DNA of 64,000 nt from Magnetococcales bacterium DCbin4 (GTDB lineage Bacteria > Pseudomonadota > Magnetococcia > Magnetococcales > UBA8363), in the NCBI GenBank assembly GCA_002753735.1, contig PEAN01000012.1:14575-78574 (forward strand), read 5' to 3'. Shown here in pieces: positions 54,796-64,000 of the stretch; position 1 is the first letter of the stretch; each line of letters starts with the position of its first letter. The notes under the pieces are model-generated. The model saw only the letters and a program-made list of their open reading frames with translations, did no database searches and was not told where the DNA came from. The position numbers and the translations under genes are program-made.

Positions 54796-56340
54796 ATGCA
54801 GGAGATTGTAAAAAAATTTGAACGATTGCGCGCAGAGGCCCGCTTGGGAGGCGGTCTGGAACGGATCGAGGCCCAACATGCCCGTGGCAAATTGACGGCA
54901 CGGGAATGCATCGAAGTGCTGCTCGACGAAGGATCGTTTGAAGAGTTGGACATGTTCGTCCAACATCGATGCAACGACTTCGGCATGGAAAAAAAACAGA
55001 TCGCTGGTGATGGCGTGGTTGCGGGGTACGGCGAGATCAATCGGCGCAAGGTGTTTGTCTACGCCCAGGATTTCACGGTACATGGTGGAACGCTGTCCGA
55101 GTCGAATACGCAAAAAATTTGCAAGATTCTGGATCTGGCGACGCGGACCGGAGTGCCGGTCATCGGCTTGAACGATTCGGGTGGAGCGCGGATCCAGGAG
55201 GGAGTGGCATCCCTGGCCGGATATGGCGAAATCTTTCAACGCAATGTGTTGGCCTCAGGGGTGATACCGCAACTTTCGGCGATTCTGGGTCCCTGTGCCG
55301 GAGGCTCGGTTTATTCTCCAGCCCTGACCGATTTTGTGATGATGGTGGAGGAAAATTCCTACATGTTCGTCACGGGTCCCGATGTGGTCCGAACCGTGAC
55401 CCATGAGGAGGAAACCTTTGAGTCCCTGGGCGGGGCACGGGTCCATTCCACCCAGTCGGGGGTCGCCCATTTCGCCTTTCCCAACGGCATGGTGCTATTG
55501 ACCCAGTTGCGGCGGTTGCTTTCATTCCTGCCGTCCAACAATCGTGAACAGCCTCCGGTTGTTCTGGCGGGTGATCCCCCGGAACGACAGGAACATTCCC
55601 TGGATTATCTGATCCCTGATGATCCCCTCAGACCCTATGATATGAAGGAATTGATCGACAAGGTGGTGGACAACCATGATTTCATGGAAGTTCACGGAGG
55701 GTTTGCCAGAAACATCATCATCGGTTTTGCCCGCATGGACGGGGGAACCGTTGGGATCGTCGCCAACCAGCCCATGGTGTTGGCGGGATGTTTGGACATC
55801 GACTCCAGCGTCAAGGCAGCGCGGTTTGTCCGTTTTTGCGATTGTTTCAATATTCCCATCATCACCTTCGTTGATGTACCCGGATTCATGCCGGGTCGCA
55901 ATCAGGAATCGGGGGGGATCATCCGGCATGGGGCCAAGTTGTTGTACGCCTTTGCTGAATGCACGGTCCCCAAGGTGACGGTCATCACCCGGAAAAGTTA
56001 TGGTGGTGCCTATGATGTGATGTCTTCCAAACATCTACGGGGTGACTTGAATTTTGCCTGGCCCAATGCCGAAATCGCGGTCATGGGCGCCAAGGGGGCG
56101 GCGGAAATCATTTTTCGTGGCGACTTGAAAAAGTCGGATAACGCTGAAAGCCTGCTCAAAATCAAAACCAAGGAATATGCGGATCGTTTTGCCAACCCAT
56201 TCCGTGCAGCACAGCGGGGGTTCATCGACGACATTATCATGCCCAGTTCTTCCCGCTGGAAAATCATCCGTGGTCTGCGTATGTTGAAAGACAAACAAAT
56301 CACCAATCCATGGAAAAAACACGGCAATATCCCTTTGTAG
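54796..56340 (+). CDS. pccB: Propionyl-CoA carboxylase beta subunit / methylmalonyl-CoA carboxyltransferase
   Basis: [63 protein letters not shown]. Confidence 0.9.
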   Translation: MQEIVKKFERLRAEARLGGGLERIEAQHARGKLTARECIEVLLDEGSFEELDMFVQHRCNDFGMEKKQIAGDGVVAGYGEINRRKVFVYAQDFTVHGGTLSESNTQKICKILDLATRTGVPVIGLNDSGGARIQEGVASLAGYGEIFQRNVLASGVIPQLSAILGPCAGGSVYSPALTDFVMMVEENSYMFVTGPDVVRTVTHEEETFESLGGARVHSTQSGVAHFAFPNGMVLLTQLRRLLSFLPSNNREQPPVVLAGDPPERQEHSLDYLIPDDPLRPYDMKELIDKVVDNHDFMEVHGGFARNIIIGFARMDGGTVGIVANQPMVLAGCLDIDSSVKAARFVRFCDCFNIPIITFVDVPGFMPGRNQESGGIIRHGAKLLYAFAECTVPKVTVITRKSYGGAYDVMSSKHLRGDLNFAWPNAEIAVMGAKGAAEIIFRGDLKKSDNAESLLKIKTKEYADRFANPFRAAQRGFIDDIIMPSSSRWKIIRGLRMLKDKQITNPWKKHGNIPL

Positions 56341-56356
56341 CGGGGATGGGGTATCC

Positions 56357-58318
56357 ATGAAAAAAATTTTGATTGCCAATCGCGGCGAGATCGCCTCTCG
56401 TATCATCCGGACCGCCCGAAGAATGGATATACGGACGGTGGCGGTCTATTCCGAGGCGGACAAGGAGAATCTGTTTGTCCGTCAGGCGGATGAGTCCTAT
56501 CTGCTGGGTCCGGCTCCGAGTACCCAGTCCTATCTCAACGTGGAACGCATTCTGGAGGTCATCGACCGATCCCAGGCGGATGCGGTCCATCCGGGATATG
56601 GATTCCTTTCGGAAAATGCTGAATTTTGTCGTGGTTTGGAAGAACGCGGCGTGACGTTCATCGGTCCGGCATATGGCTCCATTCAATCGCTGGGTGACAA
56701 GATCCAATCCAAACGGATTGCCATTCAGGCGGGGGTTCGGACCATTCCCGGGTTTGATGGGGTGATCGAAAGCGCCGATCATGCATTGACGGTGGCCAAG
56801 GAGCTGGGTTATCCGGTCATGGTCAAGGCGGCAGCGGGGGGCGGCGGCAAAGGGATGCGGATTGCCTCCAACGAAGTAGAACTTCTGGAAGCATGGACGA
56901 CCTGTCGCAATGAGGGACGTTCCTTTTTCAGCGATGATCGTCTTTTGATTGAAAAGTTTATTGATAAGCCACACCATGTCGAAATTCAGGTATTGGGAGA
57001 CAAACATGGAACGGTGCTCTGGCTCAATGACCGTGATTGCAGTATTCAGCGGCGCAATCAAAAAGTGATCGAGGAGGCACCTTCGACTTTTGTCGATCCC
57101 AACATGCGCCGGGCGATGGGAGCGCAAGCGGTCATCTTGGCCCAGGCGGTCGGTTATTATTCCGCCGGGACGGTGGAATTCGTAGTCGGGGAGGATAAGA
57201 ATTTTTACTTTCTGGAAATGAATTCACGGTTGCAGGTTGAACATGCGGTAACCGAAATGATCACCGGCCTGGACCTGGTGGAACAGATGATCCGGGTGGC
57301 TCGGGGTGAACCACTGGGATTTTCGCAGAAAGATGTCAAGATCAAGGGTTGTGCCATTGAATGTCGGGTCTATGCTGAGAATCCGTATCGCAATTTCATG
57401 CCTTCGACAGGACGGTTGGTCTATTATCGGCCGCCCCAGGAAAACTCCAAAGTTCGGGTTGATTCCGGGGTGTTCGAGGGGGGCGAGGTTTCCATGCATT
57501 ATGACCCGATGATCGCCAAGTTGATCACCTGGGGGCACAACCGTGAAGATGCATTGTTTCAAATGGAATTTGCGCTGGATGAATTTTTGATCTCCGGATT
57601 GGACCACAACATCGATCTGCTGAATTCGATCATCCGTCATCCACGTTTTATTGCAGGTGATTATACCACCGCCTTCATTCAGGAAGTTTTTCCAGAAGGT
57701 TTTACCGGTGCCCGACCTTCGGAAGAAGGGACACGGGCCTTTGCGGTGGCAGTGGCGGTCATTCAATCGGTGGAATCCTCTCTGTATCGGCAGATTCCCG
57801 CCCTTCAGGATTTGGTGGTGATGGTGGAGCATGAAGAGTTGCACCTGACCATTGAGCACAAGGAAGGGTGTGACATGGTGGCGTTCAAATCCGAAGATCC
57901 AGTGGTGGTCACCCATGAATACCAGGCGGGAAGCCGCCTGGCGTCCCTGGTCATCCACCATCAACCCTGTACCTTCCGGATCCGCCGGTTGGCGGAGGGA
58001 TTTTTGATGTCCCATGGCGGACGAACGGTGACGGCCATTGCGCGTTCACCGAGGCATCATGCATTGTCACGCCACATGCTGCGTAAAAAACCACCCGATA
58101 CCAGTCGTTTGATCCTGTCACCCATGCCGGGGGCGGTCTTGAAGGTTTTGGTTGGGATCGGTCAGACGGTCAACGCGGGTCAGACGGTGTGTATTCTGGA
58201 AGCGATGAAGATGGAAAACACCATCCGTTGCGAACAGGACGGCAAGCGGGTAAAGGCCATCCTGGTTCAGGCTGGTGATACGGTGGAGGTGGGTCAGGTT
58301 ATCGTTGAATTTGAATAA
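56357..58318 (+). CDS. pccA: Acyl-CoA (propionyl/acetyl) carboxylase alpha subunit: biotin carboxylase + BCCP
   Basis: MKKILIANRGEIASRIIRTA, GGGGKGMRIA, EMNSRLQVEHAVTE, and the C-terminal biotinylation site CILEAMKMEN. Confidence 0.9.
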   Translation: MKKILIANRGEIASRIIRTARRMDIRTVAVYSEADKENLFVRQADESYLLGPAPSTQSYLNVERILEVIDRSQADAVHPGYGFLSENAEFCRGLEERGVTFIGPAYGSIQSLGDKIQSKRIAIQAGVRTIPGFDGVIESADHALTVAKELGYPVMVKAAAGGGGKGMRIASNEVELLEAWTTCRNEGRSFFSDDRLLIEKFIDKPHHVEIQVLGDKHGTVLWLNDRDCSIQRRNQKVIEEAPSTFVDPNMRRAMGAQAVILAQAVGYYSAGTVEFVVGEDKNFYFLEMNSRLQVEHAVTEMITGLDLVEQMIRVARGEPLGFSQKDVKIKGCAIECRVYAENPYRNFMPSTGRLVYYRPPQENSKVRVDSGVFEGGEVSMHYDPMIAKLITWGHNREDALFQMEFALDEFLISGLDHNIDLLNSIIRHPRFIAGDYTTAFIQEVFPEGFTGARPSEEGTRAFAVAVAVIQSVESSLYRQIPALQDLVVMVEHEELHLTIEHKEGCDMVAFKSEDPVVVTHEYQAGSRLASLVIHHQPCTFRIRRLAEGFLMSHGGRTVTAIARSPRHHALSRHMLRKKPPDTSRLILSPMPGAVLKVLVGIGQTVNAGQTVCILEAMKMENTIRCEQDGKRVKAILVQAGDTVEVGQVIVEFE

Positions 58319-58345
58319 ATAAATCAATCCAACCCAAAGGAGTGT

Positions 58346-58759
58346 ATGATGATTGGACGTCTGAATCATGTGGCCATCGTAGTGCCGGATCTGGATGCGG
58401 CGGCAGCCCGGTATCGTGATGATCTGGGAGCGCGGGTGGAAGCCCCGTTCGATTTGCCGGAACATGGGGTGCGGGTGGTGATGGTCCGCCTGGACAATAC
58501 CACGGTGGAATTGTTGCATCCCTTGTCAGATGCCAGCCCCGTAGCGGGATTTCTGAAGAAGAATCCGGGTGGTGGCATGCATCATGTGTGCTATGAGGTC
58601 AAGGATGTGGTGGCTGCGACCAAAGCCATGATGGACCGGGGCGTCAAGGTGCTGAACGAAAAACCCAAGATCGGTGCCCATGGCAACCCCGTCGTGTTCT
58701 TGCACCCCAAGGATTTCAATGGGGTGTTGACCGAACTGGAACAGGTGCCGAGCAAATAA
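58346..58759 (+). CDS. mce: Methylmalonyl-CoA epimerase (VOC family)
   Basis: LNHVAIVVPDLDAAAARY, GGGMHHVCYEV, NGVLTELEQ. It is the last gene of the methylmalonyl pathway operon. Confidence 0.85.
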   Translation: MMIGRLNHVAIVVPDLDAAAARYRDDLGARVEAPFDLPEHGVRVVMVRLDNTTVELLHPLSDASPVAGFLKKNPGGGMHHVCYEVKDVVAATKAMMDRGVKVLNEKPKIGAHGNPVVFLHPKDFNGVLTELEQVPSK

Positions 58760-58781
58760 TCGTTATCAAGATCGGTGTTGG

Positions 58782-58820
58782 AAACCGGTGGTGTTCTGAT
58801 GCCACCGGTTTTCGCTTTTG
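58782..58820 (+). terminator. Intrinsic terminator after the epimerase gene
   Basis: aaaccggtgg (58782-58791) pairs with ccaccggttt (58802-58811) and is followed by tcgcttttg. Confidence 0.7.
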
Positions 58821-58904
58821 ATTCGTTGCATGGCTTCAAGGAATGGGATCCCGGTTCCCCTTGGCATGGAAAGACCTGAGAACTCGTTGTTCCCATGAGA
58901 AAAT

Positions 58905-59522
58905 ATGTCAATCTTAAAGCGTCACATCTCCATCATTCTGGGTATTGTCGGTATTCTGTTGGGCGGGATGGGAAGACCTGGAATCGGATGGGGCGTGGAA
59001 ATTCGCGACCTGCCCGAGAAAGTCGAACTGGCCGGTTTTGGTGATGTCAGCACCCTGGCCAATTTGCTGCAAAAAAGGCCGGTCTTGATCGTCGTCGGTT
59101 CCCATGCCACGTTTCCCCTGTTGGAGGAACTTCCATTCCGCTGGCATGCCCGACACTGGACCATGGCACCGGAACAATTCCTGGGGGTGGCTGCGGTCAA
59201 CAAGGCACCGTGGTTGGTGAAAAAACTGCTGGCGACCTCCAGTTTACGGCAGATCAAGGAAGAACGCGATATTCGCGCCAGGGGAATCATCGACAACCTG
59301 GATCGATCACAGGTCGTCGTGGATCGCGGTGGAGACATGGTTGCGGCATTACATGTGGAAGACCTGGGGAAGAAGGGTTACGCCGCCTTCATGGTCGACC
59401 GGGATGGTTCGGTCCATCGCCTGTTCCAAGCGGAGCTTCCGGGCAAAGAGGAAGCCAAGGTGGAACTGCTCCATGCGGCGGATGCCATTCTTGATCGGGC
59501 CTCCTCATCCTTCAATCGATGA
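58905..59522 (+). CDS. Hypothetical exported/membrane-anchored protein
   Basis: 205 aa with an N-terminal hydrophobic segment, ISIILGIVGILLGG. ATGA overlap with the next gene. No motif recognised. Confidence 0.45.
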   Translation: MSILKRHISIILGIVGILLGGMGRPGIGWGVEIRDLPEKVELAGFGDVSTLANLLQKRPVLIVVGSHATFPLLEELPFRWHARHWTMAPEQFLGVAAVNKAPWLVKKLLATSSLRQIKEERDIRARGIIDNLDRSQVVVDRGGDMVAALHVEDLGKKGYAAFMVDRDGSVHRLFQAELPGKEEAKVELLHAADAILDRASSSFNR

Positions 59523-61114
59523 ACGATACCCCCAAAGGACCGGACCGGAGGGTTTTCCTTACCGGGGGGACGGGGTATATTGGCAGACACCTCCTGGTCC
59601 GGTTGCTCACCTCGGGTTTTCGGGTTTTGGCACTGGTTCGCCCCCACGATTGCGCCCCTGAAGAAAGAATTCGCCGTGCCCTGGAACCTTTGGGTGCCCT
59701 GTCAACCGAAGCGATTTCGCGGCTGGAATGGGTCGCAGGCGATGTCACGCACCCCAACTGTGGTCTGAGCACCTCCGCCTTGGAACGGTTGCGTCATCTG
59801 CGACCGGATACGTTCATCCATTGTGCCGGATTGACGCGCTTTGAGGAACGTCAGGCCGATGCATTGCAACGGATCAATCATCTGGGAACCCGGCATGCCT
59901 TTGAGCTGTGTTGCAGCAGCAATATTCCCGTATTCATCCATACCAGTACCGCCTTTGTCGCAGGAGATACACCGGTCCCATTCTTTTCGACCGATCTGGA
60001 AGTGGGACAAGGATTCCACAACCCCTATGAACGCTCCAAGTTCGATGCGGAACGCTACCTCGTCCAGGCGGTACAAAAGACCCCCATCTCCCTGCGCATC
60101 CATCGTCCCAGTATCGTTGTCGGCGGAATTCCCATTGGGGAACATAGTGATGTCGGTACGGTATACGCATTTTTGAAAGCGTTGCATTTCATCCGCACCT
60201 GTTGCCGCCTGGACCATGAACAGGCATCCGGCCGTCTTTCCGCCTTGGGGGTCCGCAACAAGGGCGATACTCTGTTCATCCCGATGCGGGTCGTTGCGTC
60301 AGAGGCGGTCCATATCAACCTGGTGGCCATCGACCAGGTGGTCGATACCCTGATGCGGGATGTCGATGATCGGGGCAAACATCCCATCAGAGTCCGACAT
60401 GTCGTAGCCCGGAAAGGATGTTCCCTGGCCACCTTGCGCGATATTTTTTGTCGGGTCATGAGGATGGAAGGGGTGACGTTCTGTACCACCGTTGACTTCG
60501 AGAATACCCCAAAAAACGCCCTGGAAGGTCGTTTTCATCGTGCAACCCGGGCCTATGATCCCTACCTCCAGCACACGGTTTTGTTTCAGCCGGACAGCGA
60601 CGATCCTGACGGGTCATCGGCCGTTCCGGTCGATCCGGAACGGGTGGCACGGCAATTTTTCTCGTTATGGCAGGCAGGGGAGGAACGTACCCCGCATCTG
60701 GGGAGGTTGACCCTGGATGCCTTGGGAATCGATGATCCACATCGCTATTTCGAAGGATTGGTCCGGGGTGATTTTGGTGCCGATTTTCTTGAAAAAAATA
60801 AGTTTATCACCGCATCCATTCGCTTTCATGTCCCGGGGGCATCCCCTTTTGATCAAATCCTCTGTTTTTCCCACGGCAAGGCCCGCTTTCTCTCCACTGA
60901 GGAGACGGGAACCCCCGACTGTTCGTTCGATTTGGATGCAGCGACCTTTCGTGCCGTCGTTCGGTGCCATCTTGATCCCAAACAAGCATTTTTCCGTGGT
61001 TTGATCCGTATCGGCGGCAATCGGGAAACGGGGCTGAAATTTGCGCACCTCTTAAGCCAGTATTATCGTAATATCAATGATCACGTCCTGGACGAAGTCG
61101 CAAGGTTTTCCTGA
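59519..61114 (+). CDS. Extended SDR (thioester/acyl-CoA reductase- or 3beta-HSD-like) fused to a C-terminal SCP2-like lipid-binding domain
   Basis: Rossmann VFLTGGTGYIGRHLL and catalytic NPYERSKFDAE (YxxxK). The C-terminal ~110 aa (..FHVPGASPFDQILCFSHGKARF..TFRAVVRCHLDPKQAFFRGLIRIGGNRETGLKFAHL) reads like SCP2. Confidence 0.6.
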   Translation: MNDTPKGPDRRVFLTGGTGYIGRHLLVRLLTSGFRVLALVRPHDCAPEERIRRALEPLGALSTEAISRLEWVAGDVTHPNCGLSTSALERLRHLRPDTFIHCAGLTRFEERQADALQRINHLGTRHAFELCCSSNIPVFIHTSTAFVAGDTPVPFFSTDLEVGQGFHNPYERSKFDAERYLVQAVQKTPISLRIHRPSIVVGGIPIGEHSDVGTVYAFLKALHFIRTCCRLDHEQASGRLSALGVRNKGDTLFIPMRVVASEAVHINLVAIDQVVDTLMRDVDDRGKHPIRVRHVVARKGCSLATLRDIFCRVMRMEGVTFCTTVDFENTPKNALEGRFHRATRAYDPYLQHTVLFQPDSDDPDGSSAVPVDPERVARQFFSLWQAGEERTPHLGRLTLDALGIDDPHRYFEGLVRGDFGADFLEKNKFITASIRFHVPGASPFDQILCFSHGKARFLSTEETGTPDCSFDLDAATFRAVVRCHLDPKQAFFRGLIRIGGNRETGLKFAHLLSQYYRNINDHVLDEVARFS

Positions 61115-61115
61115 A

Positions 61116-63239
61116 ATGACGACGACCCTTGCCCGACATGTTGAACATCATTTTCGTTTCATTTCGGTACTGACCTTTCTGTTGCTGCTGGTTGTGATCG
61201 AACCGCTCGCTGGACTCAAGGTGGAACATTCCTTTGAAGGTTGGATCGACCGGGATGGCGCATTGTTCCAAACCTACCGGGAATTCACCGACGCCTTCGG
61301 TGCCGATGATACGGTCCTGGTTGTTTTTCAACTGCGCGATCTGCTGGTGACCCGCCCCGATGATGCCGACAGCATGTATCCCCGTTCCTATCTGGACGAT
61401 TATGTCGATGTGGTGCAATCCTTCGCCCGGATGGAAGGGGTTTCTGGGGTGATGGATCCGGTGGAAGCCTGGTCGCGTGCGTCAGGGGGGTTGGGGGGAC
61501 TGGATTTTTTTGATCCGGAGCGTCTGGATGCCAATCGTGAAAACATTCAACGCCAAGCCCCCGGCAGTATCGGATTTTTGATCTCCCGCGATTTGAAAAC
61601 CCTGGGATTGTTGCTGTTCCTGGACCCCGCCCGCCGCGAAGACCATCCACGGATCGTGACCCAATTGGAACAACAATGGCAAAAAACCGGGATTCCGGCC
61701 CATTGGGCAGGGGTTCCCTGGTTTTCCAAGACGCTGACGGCTGCCATTACCCGGGATTTGACGCGGGTGGTGACCTTGCTGGTGGTTGCCGCATTGGGGG
61801 TACTGATTTATTATTTCAAGAATTTCATGCTTGTGGGAATCACATTGCTGGCCATGGGACTGGCCTTGGCCTTCAGTCTGGGAATCGGACTCATGTTGGG
61901 GGCGAGGATCACGTTGTTCACCCTGATTTTGTTTCCCCTGGTCTTTTGCGTGGTGTTGACGACGGTCATTCATCTTTATTCCCTCAGAAACAAGGATGGC
62001 ACCTACCATTTCGCCACCGCCTTTGCCTATATTTTAAAACCTGCCACCTTTGCCACGGTCACCACGGCGCTGGGTGCAACCGCCTTTCTGTTTTCACCCC
62101 AGGAGGCGGTGCGACAGATGGGTTGGATCCTTCCTTTGGGAATTTCCATTGCCTTCATGGCTGCCATGGTATTCGTTCCCAGCGCTTATCGTATGGTATC
62201 CGGAAGGTGGGATGTTTCCGGCATCGTCGTCAAAGGGGGAATTCTCAAGGCTGATCATGCCGCTGTGGCCCGGCCGGTCATCGGAATCCTGCTCATGGTC
62301 TGTGCCGTGGGATCCGCCTTTGTGTTGCCACGGCTGAAATCAGATGCCAACGCCCTTCATTTCTTCAAGCCCGAATCGGAGTTGATGCGTGGCTACCGCC
62401 ATATCGAAGAACATCTGGGGGGATTGCTCCATGTGGAATTATTGATTCAAAGCACCACCCCATCGGGATTGACCGATCCCGTTTGGATGGCACAAATCCA
62501 GGCGTTTCTCACCCAGGTGCGCCAATGGCCCGATCTGTCCGCCATGGCTGGAGGAACCGATTTATCGAACATGACCGATCCTGCCATCAAGAAACGTTTC
62601 TTCGATGCCAGCGGTACACGAATGCGGGTGACCCTCGGATTCAGTCAACGGACTGATTATGCGGAACTTTCTCAACGACTGGAACATCTATGGCATCGAG
62701 TGGTTTCCGTTACTGCTCCCGTTTCATTGCGTCTGACCGGTCAATTACCCATGATCCTGGCGGCGCAAAAGCAATTATTGGACAGTCAGGTTCAAACCTT
62801 TGCAGTGGTTTTTTTCCTGGTTTCCCTCTTCCTGGCATTGAGTCTTCGTTCGCTGAGGGTGTTCATCCTGGCGGTGCTGGCCAATTTCATCCCCCTGATG
62901 ATCACCGGTGCCCTCATGGTATTCATGGGCATTGCCATCAACAGCATGAATTTTTTTGTCGCCAGTGTCATGCTGGGGGTGATCGTCGATGATACCATCC
63001 ATCTGCTGCATGCCCTCGCCGAAGAACGGGATCTGGAAACGGGCCTGGCACGGGTTCAGGGGGCATTATGGATTACCACGGTCACGGTATTCCTCGCTTT
63101 TCTGACCTTGACCGTCTCAAACATCGTTCCCATCGCTCAATTTGGGTTACTCTCGGCGATCACGGTCGTGGTGGCTTGGTTGTGCGATCTATATCTGCTT
63201 CCGTTTTTGCTGACATGCTTTGGCGGGAGAAAAACATGA
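61116..63239 (+). CDS. MMPL/RND-superfamily lipid exporter (HpnN-like topology)
   Basis: Two repeats, each a TM1, a large soluble loop and a 5-TM bundle. The ATG at 61116 lies 1 nt after the upstream stop. The stop overlaps the next ATG (ATGA at 63236-63239). Confidence 0.7.
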   Translation: MTTTLARHVEHHFRFISVLTFLLLLVVIEPLAGLKVEHSFEGWIDRDGALFQTYREFTDAFGADDTVLVVFQLRDLLVTRPDDADSMYPRSYLDDYVDVVQSFARMEGVSGVMDPVEAWSRASGGLGGLDFFDPERLDANRENIQRQAPGSIGFLISRDLKTLGLLLFLDPARREDHPRIVTQLEQQWQKTGIPAHWAGVPWFSKTLTAAITRDLTRVVTLLVVAALGVLIYYFKNFMLVGITLLAMGLALAFSLGIGLMLGARITLFTLILFPLVFCVVLTTVIHLYSLRNKDGTYHFATAFAYILKPATFATVTTALGATAFLFSPQEAVRQMGWILPLGISIAFMAAMVFVPSAYRMVSGRWDVSGIVVKGGILKADHAAVARPVIGILLMVCAVGSAFVLPRLKSDANALHFFKPESELMRGYRHIEEHLGGLLHVELLIQSTTPSGLTDPVWMAQIQAFLTQVRQWPDLSAMAGGTDLSNMTDPAIKKRFFDASGTRMRVTLGFSQRTDYAELSQRLEHLWHRVVSVTAPVSLRLTGQLPMILAAQKQLLDSQVQTFAVVFFLVSLFLALSLRSLRVFILAVLANFIPLMITGALMVFMGIAINSMNFFVASVMLGVIVDDTIHLLHALAEERDLETGLARVQGALWITTVTVFLAFLTLTVSNIVPIAQFGLLSAITVVVAWLCDLYLLPFLLTCFGGRKT

Positions 63240-64000
63240 TCATGGACCGCGATGAATGGTTGCGCCGGATCCTGGCAATCCATCTGCACCCTGAAGGGGG
63301 AACACCCTATTGGCTCGAACGACAGGCGCAGCTCGGATTTTCGCTTCGGAAACGGATTTGCGGACTCGATGATCTGCCGTTGTTGGGGCCGATGTCGCTT
63401 GAAGTCCTGCGCGAAAGACCGATCGAAGCGTTTATCCCCCGTTCCCTCCATGCCTTGCATGAAAAACATTCCCTGGTGACCGCCCAGACGGGAGGTGCGA
63501 CCGGCGTCCCAAAAACCACGGCTTATTCCATGGCCGATTTTGAATCCGCATTTGTCAATCCATTCCTGGATGTGGTCCGTCGGATGGGATGTCTCTGGTC
63601 CAATCAAGGGCTTTGGTTGTGGATCGGTCCCGGAGGACCCCACATTATCGGCAAAGTGGCCCATCGCATTGCCCTTTTGACCACCAGTTCCGACCCGTTC
63701 AGCGTCGATTTCGATCCGCGTTGGTTTCGCAGGCTTTCGGAACACTCCATGGCCCGCAGACGTTATCTGGAACATGTCCTGGAACAATCCATGGAACTCC
63801 TGGACGTACAGCATATTCATCACCTGTTCACCACCCCCGCCATCCTGTCTCCATTGGCGCAACGTCTTTCCGCGACGCTTCGCTCCCGCATCACCTTCAT
63901 CTACCTGGGTGGGATGCGGATCACCATGCGCATGTTGCATGAGTTTCGCCTCCAATTTCCCAACGCCCGTTTTCTTTCCGGTTATGGCAACACCTTGTTC
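63236..64000 (+). CDS. Adenylate-forming enzyme (PaaK / F390-synthetase / LuxE-like), N-terminal 255 codons; runs off the window
   Basis: The frame from ATG 63236 is open to the window end, so it is not in the ORF track. MIMDRDEWLRRILAIHLHPEGGTPYWLERQAQLGF..LVTAQTGGATGVPKTT (compare the PaaK P-loop SGGTTGKPK) ..LSGYGNTLF. The minus ORF 63137..63955 is its antisense shadow. Confidence 0.6.
   Translation, partial: MIMDRDEWLRRILAIHLHPEGGTPYWLERQAQLGFSLRKRICGLDDLPLLGPMSLEVLRERPIEAFIPRSLHALHEKHSLVTAQTGGATGVPKTTAYSMADFESAFVNPFLDVVRRMGCLWSNQGLWLWIGPGGPHIIGKVAHRIALLTTSSDPFSVDFDPRWFRRLSEHSMARRRYLEHVLEQSMELLDVQHIHHLFTTPAILSPLAQRLSATLRSRITFIYLGGMRITMRMLHEFRLQFPNARFLSGYGNTLF

Noticed and set aside
63137-63955. 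A 272-aa minus ORF at the right edge
   Set aside because: It is the antisense shadow of the open + frame starting at 63236. That frame carries the adenylate-forming P-loop-like motif and is translationally coupled to the MMPL gene.

Overview
This is a 64-kb chromosomal window from a signal-transduction-rich Gram-negative, proteobacterium-like genome. All calls come from reading the sequence and ORF translations by eye, with no database searches. Nearly all of it is coding.

(1) Positions 1-4589 (-) hold a giant multi-sensor histidine kinase that runs off the left edge. It is absent from the ORF track because no stop codon lies in the window.

(2) Positions 5762-17325 are the clear accessory region: a visibly AT-richer, roughly 11.5-kb integrated filamentous prophage (inovirus/CTXphi-like).
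- It is bounded by a 52-nt direct repeat of the 3' part of an intact tRNA-Arg(CCT).
- It carries a tyrosine integrase, a rolling-circle Rep, a major coat protein, a Gly-linker adsorption protein, a Zot-type assembly ATPase and its own secretin.
- It has a divergent repressor/HTH switch.
- It carries a cargo module: a HigB/HigA-like toxin-antitoxin pair plus a DUF2726 nuclease-like protein.
- It has a striking iteron-hairpin-iteron intergenic region.

(3) Positions 17456-25621 (-) hold a tightly packed three-gene phosphorelay. One 1600-aa protein in it carries two complete kinase cores.

(4) The remainder is mostly housekeeping or metabolic:
- DHH phosphoesterase, lipA, lipB, NUDIX hydrolase and DegP.
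- An orphan TRAP binding protein followed by an unknown protein.
- An Rpn/DUF4351 nuclease-like gene and a PotD-like binding protein.
- hypA-hypB, and a PPK2/CHAD pair.
- A tightly packed osmC-dsbA-etfB-etfA-carbamoyltransferase-methyltransferase operon.
- A ChrB-like protein with an MFS transporter, and an LpxL-like acyltransferase with a methyltransferase.
- An XPB-like helicase with a DUF790 (Bax1-like) partner.
- A complete methylmalonyl-CoA pathway operon: mutase, MeaB, PCC beta and alpha, and epimerase.
- A putative lipid modification/export cluster at the right edge: SDR-SCP2 fusion, MMPL transporter and an adenylate-forming enzyme, the last running off the window.

No rRNA, CRISPR array or IS element was recognised.
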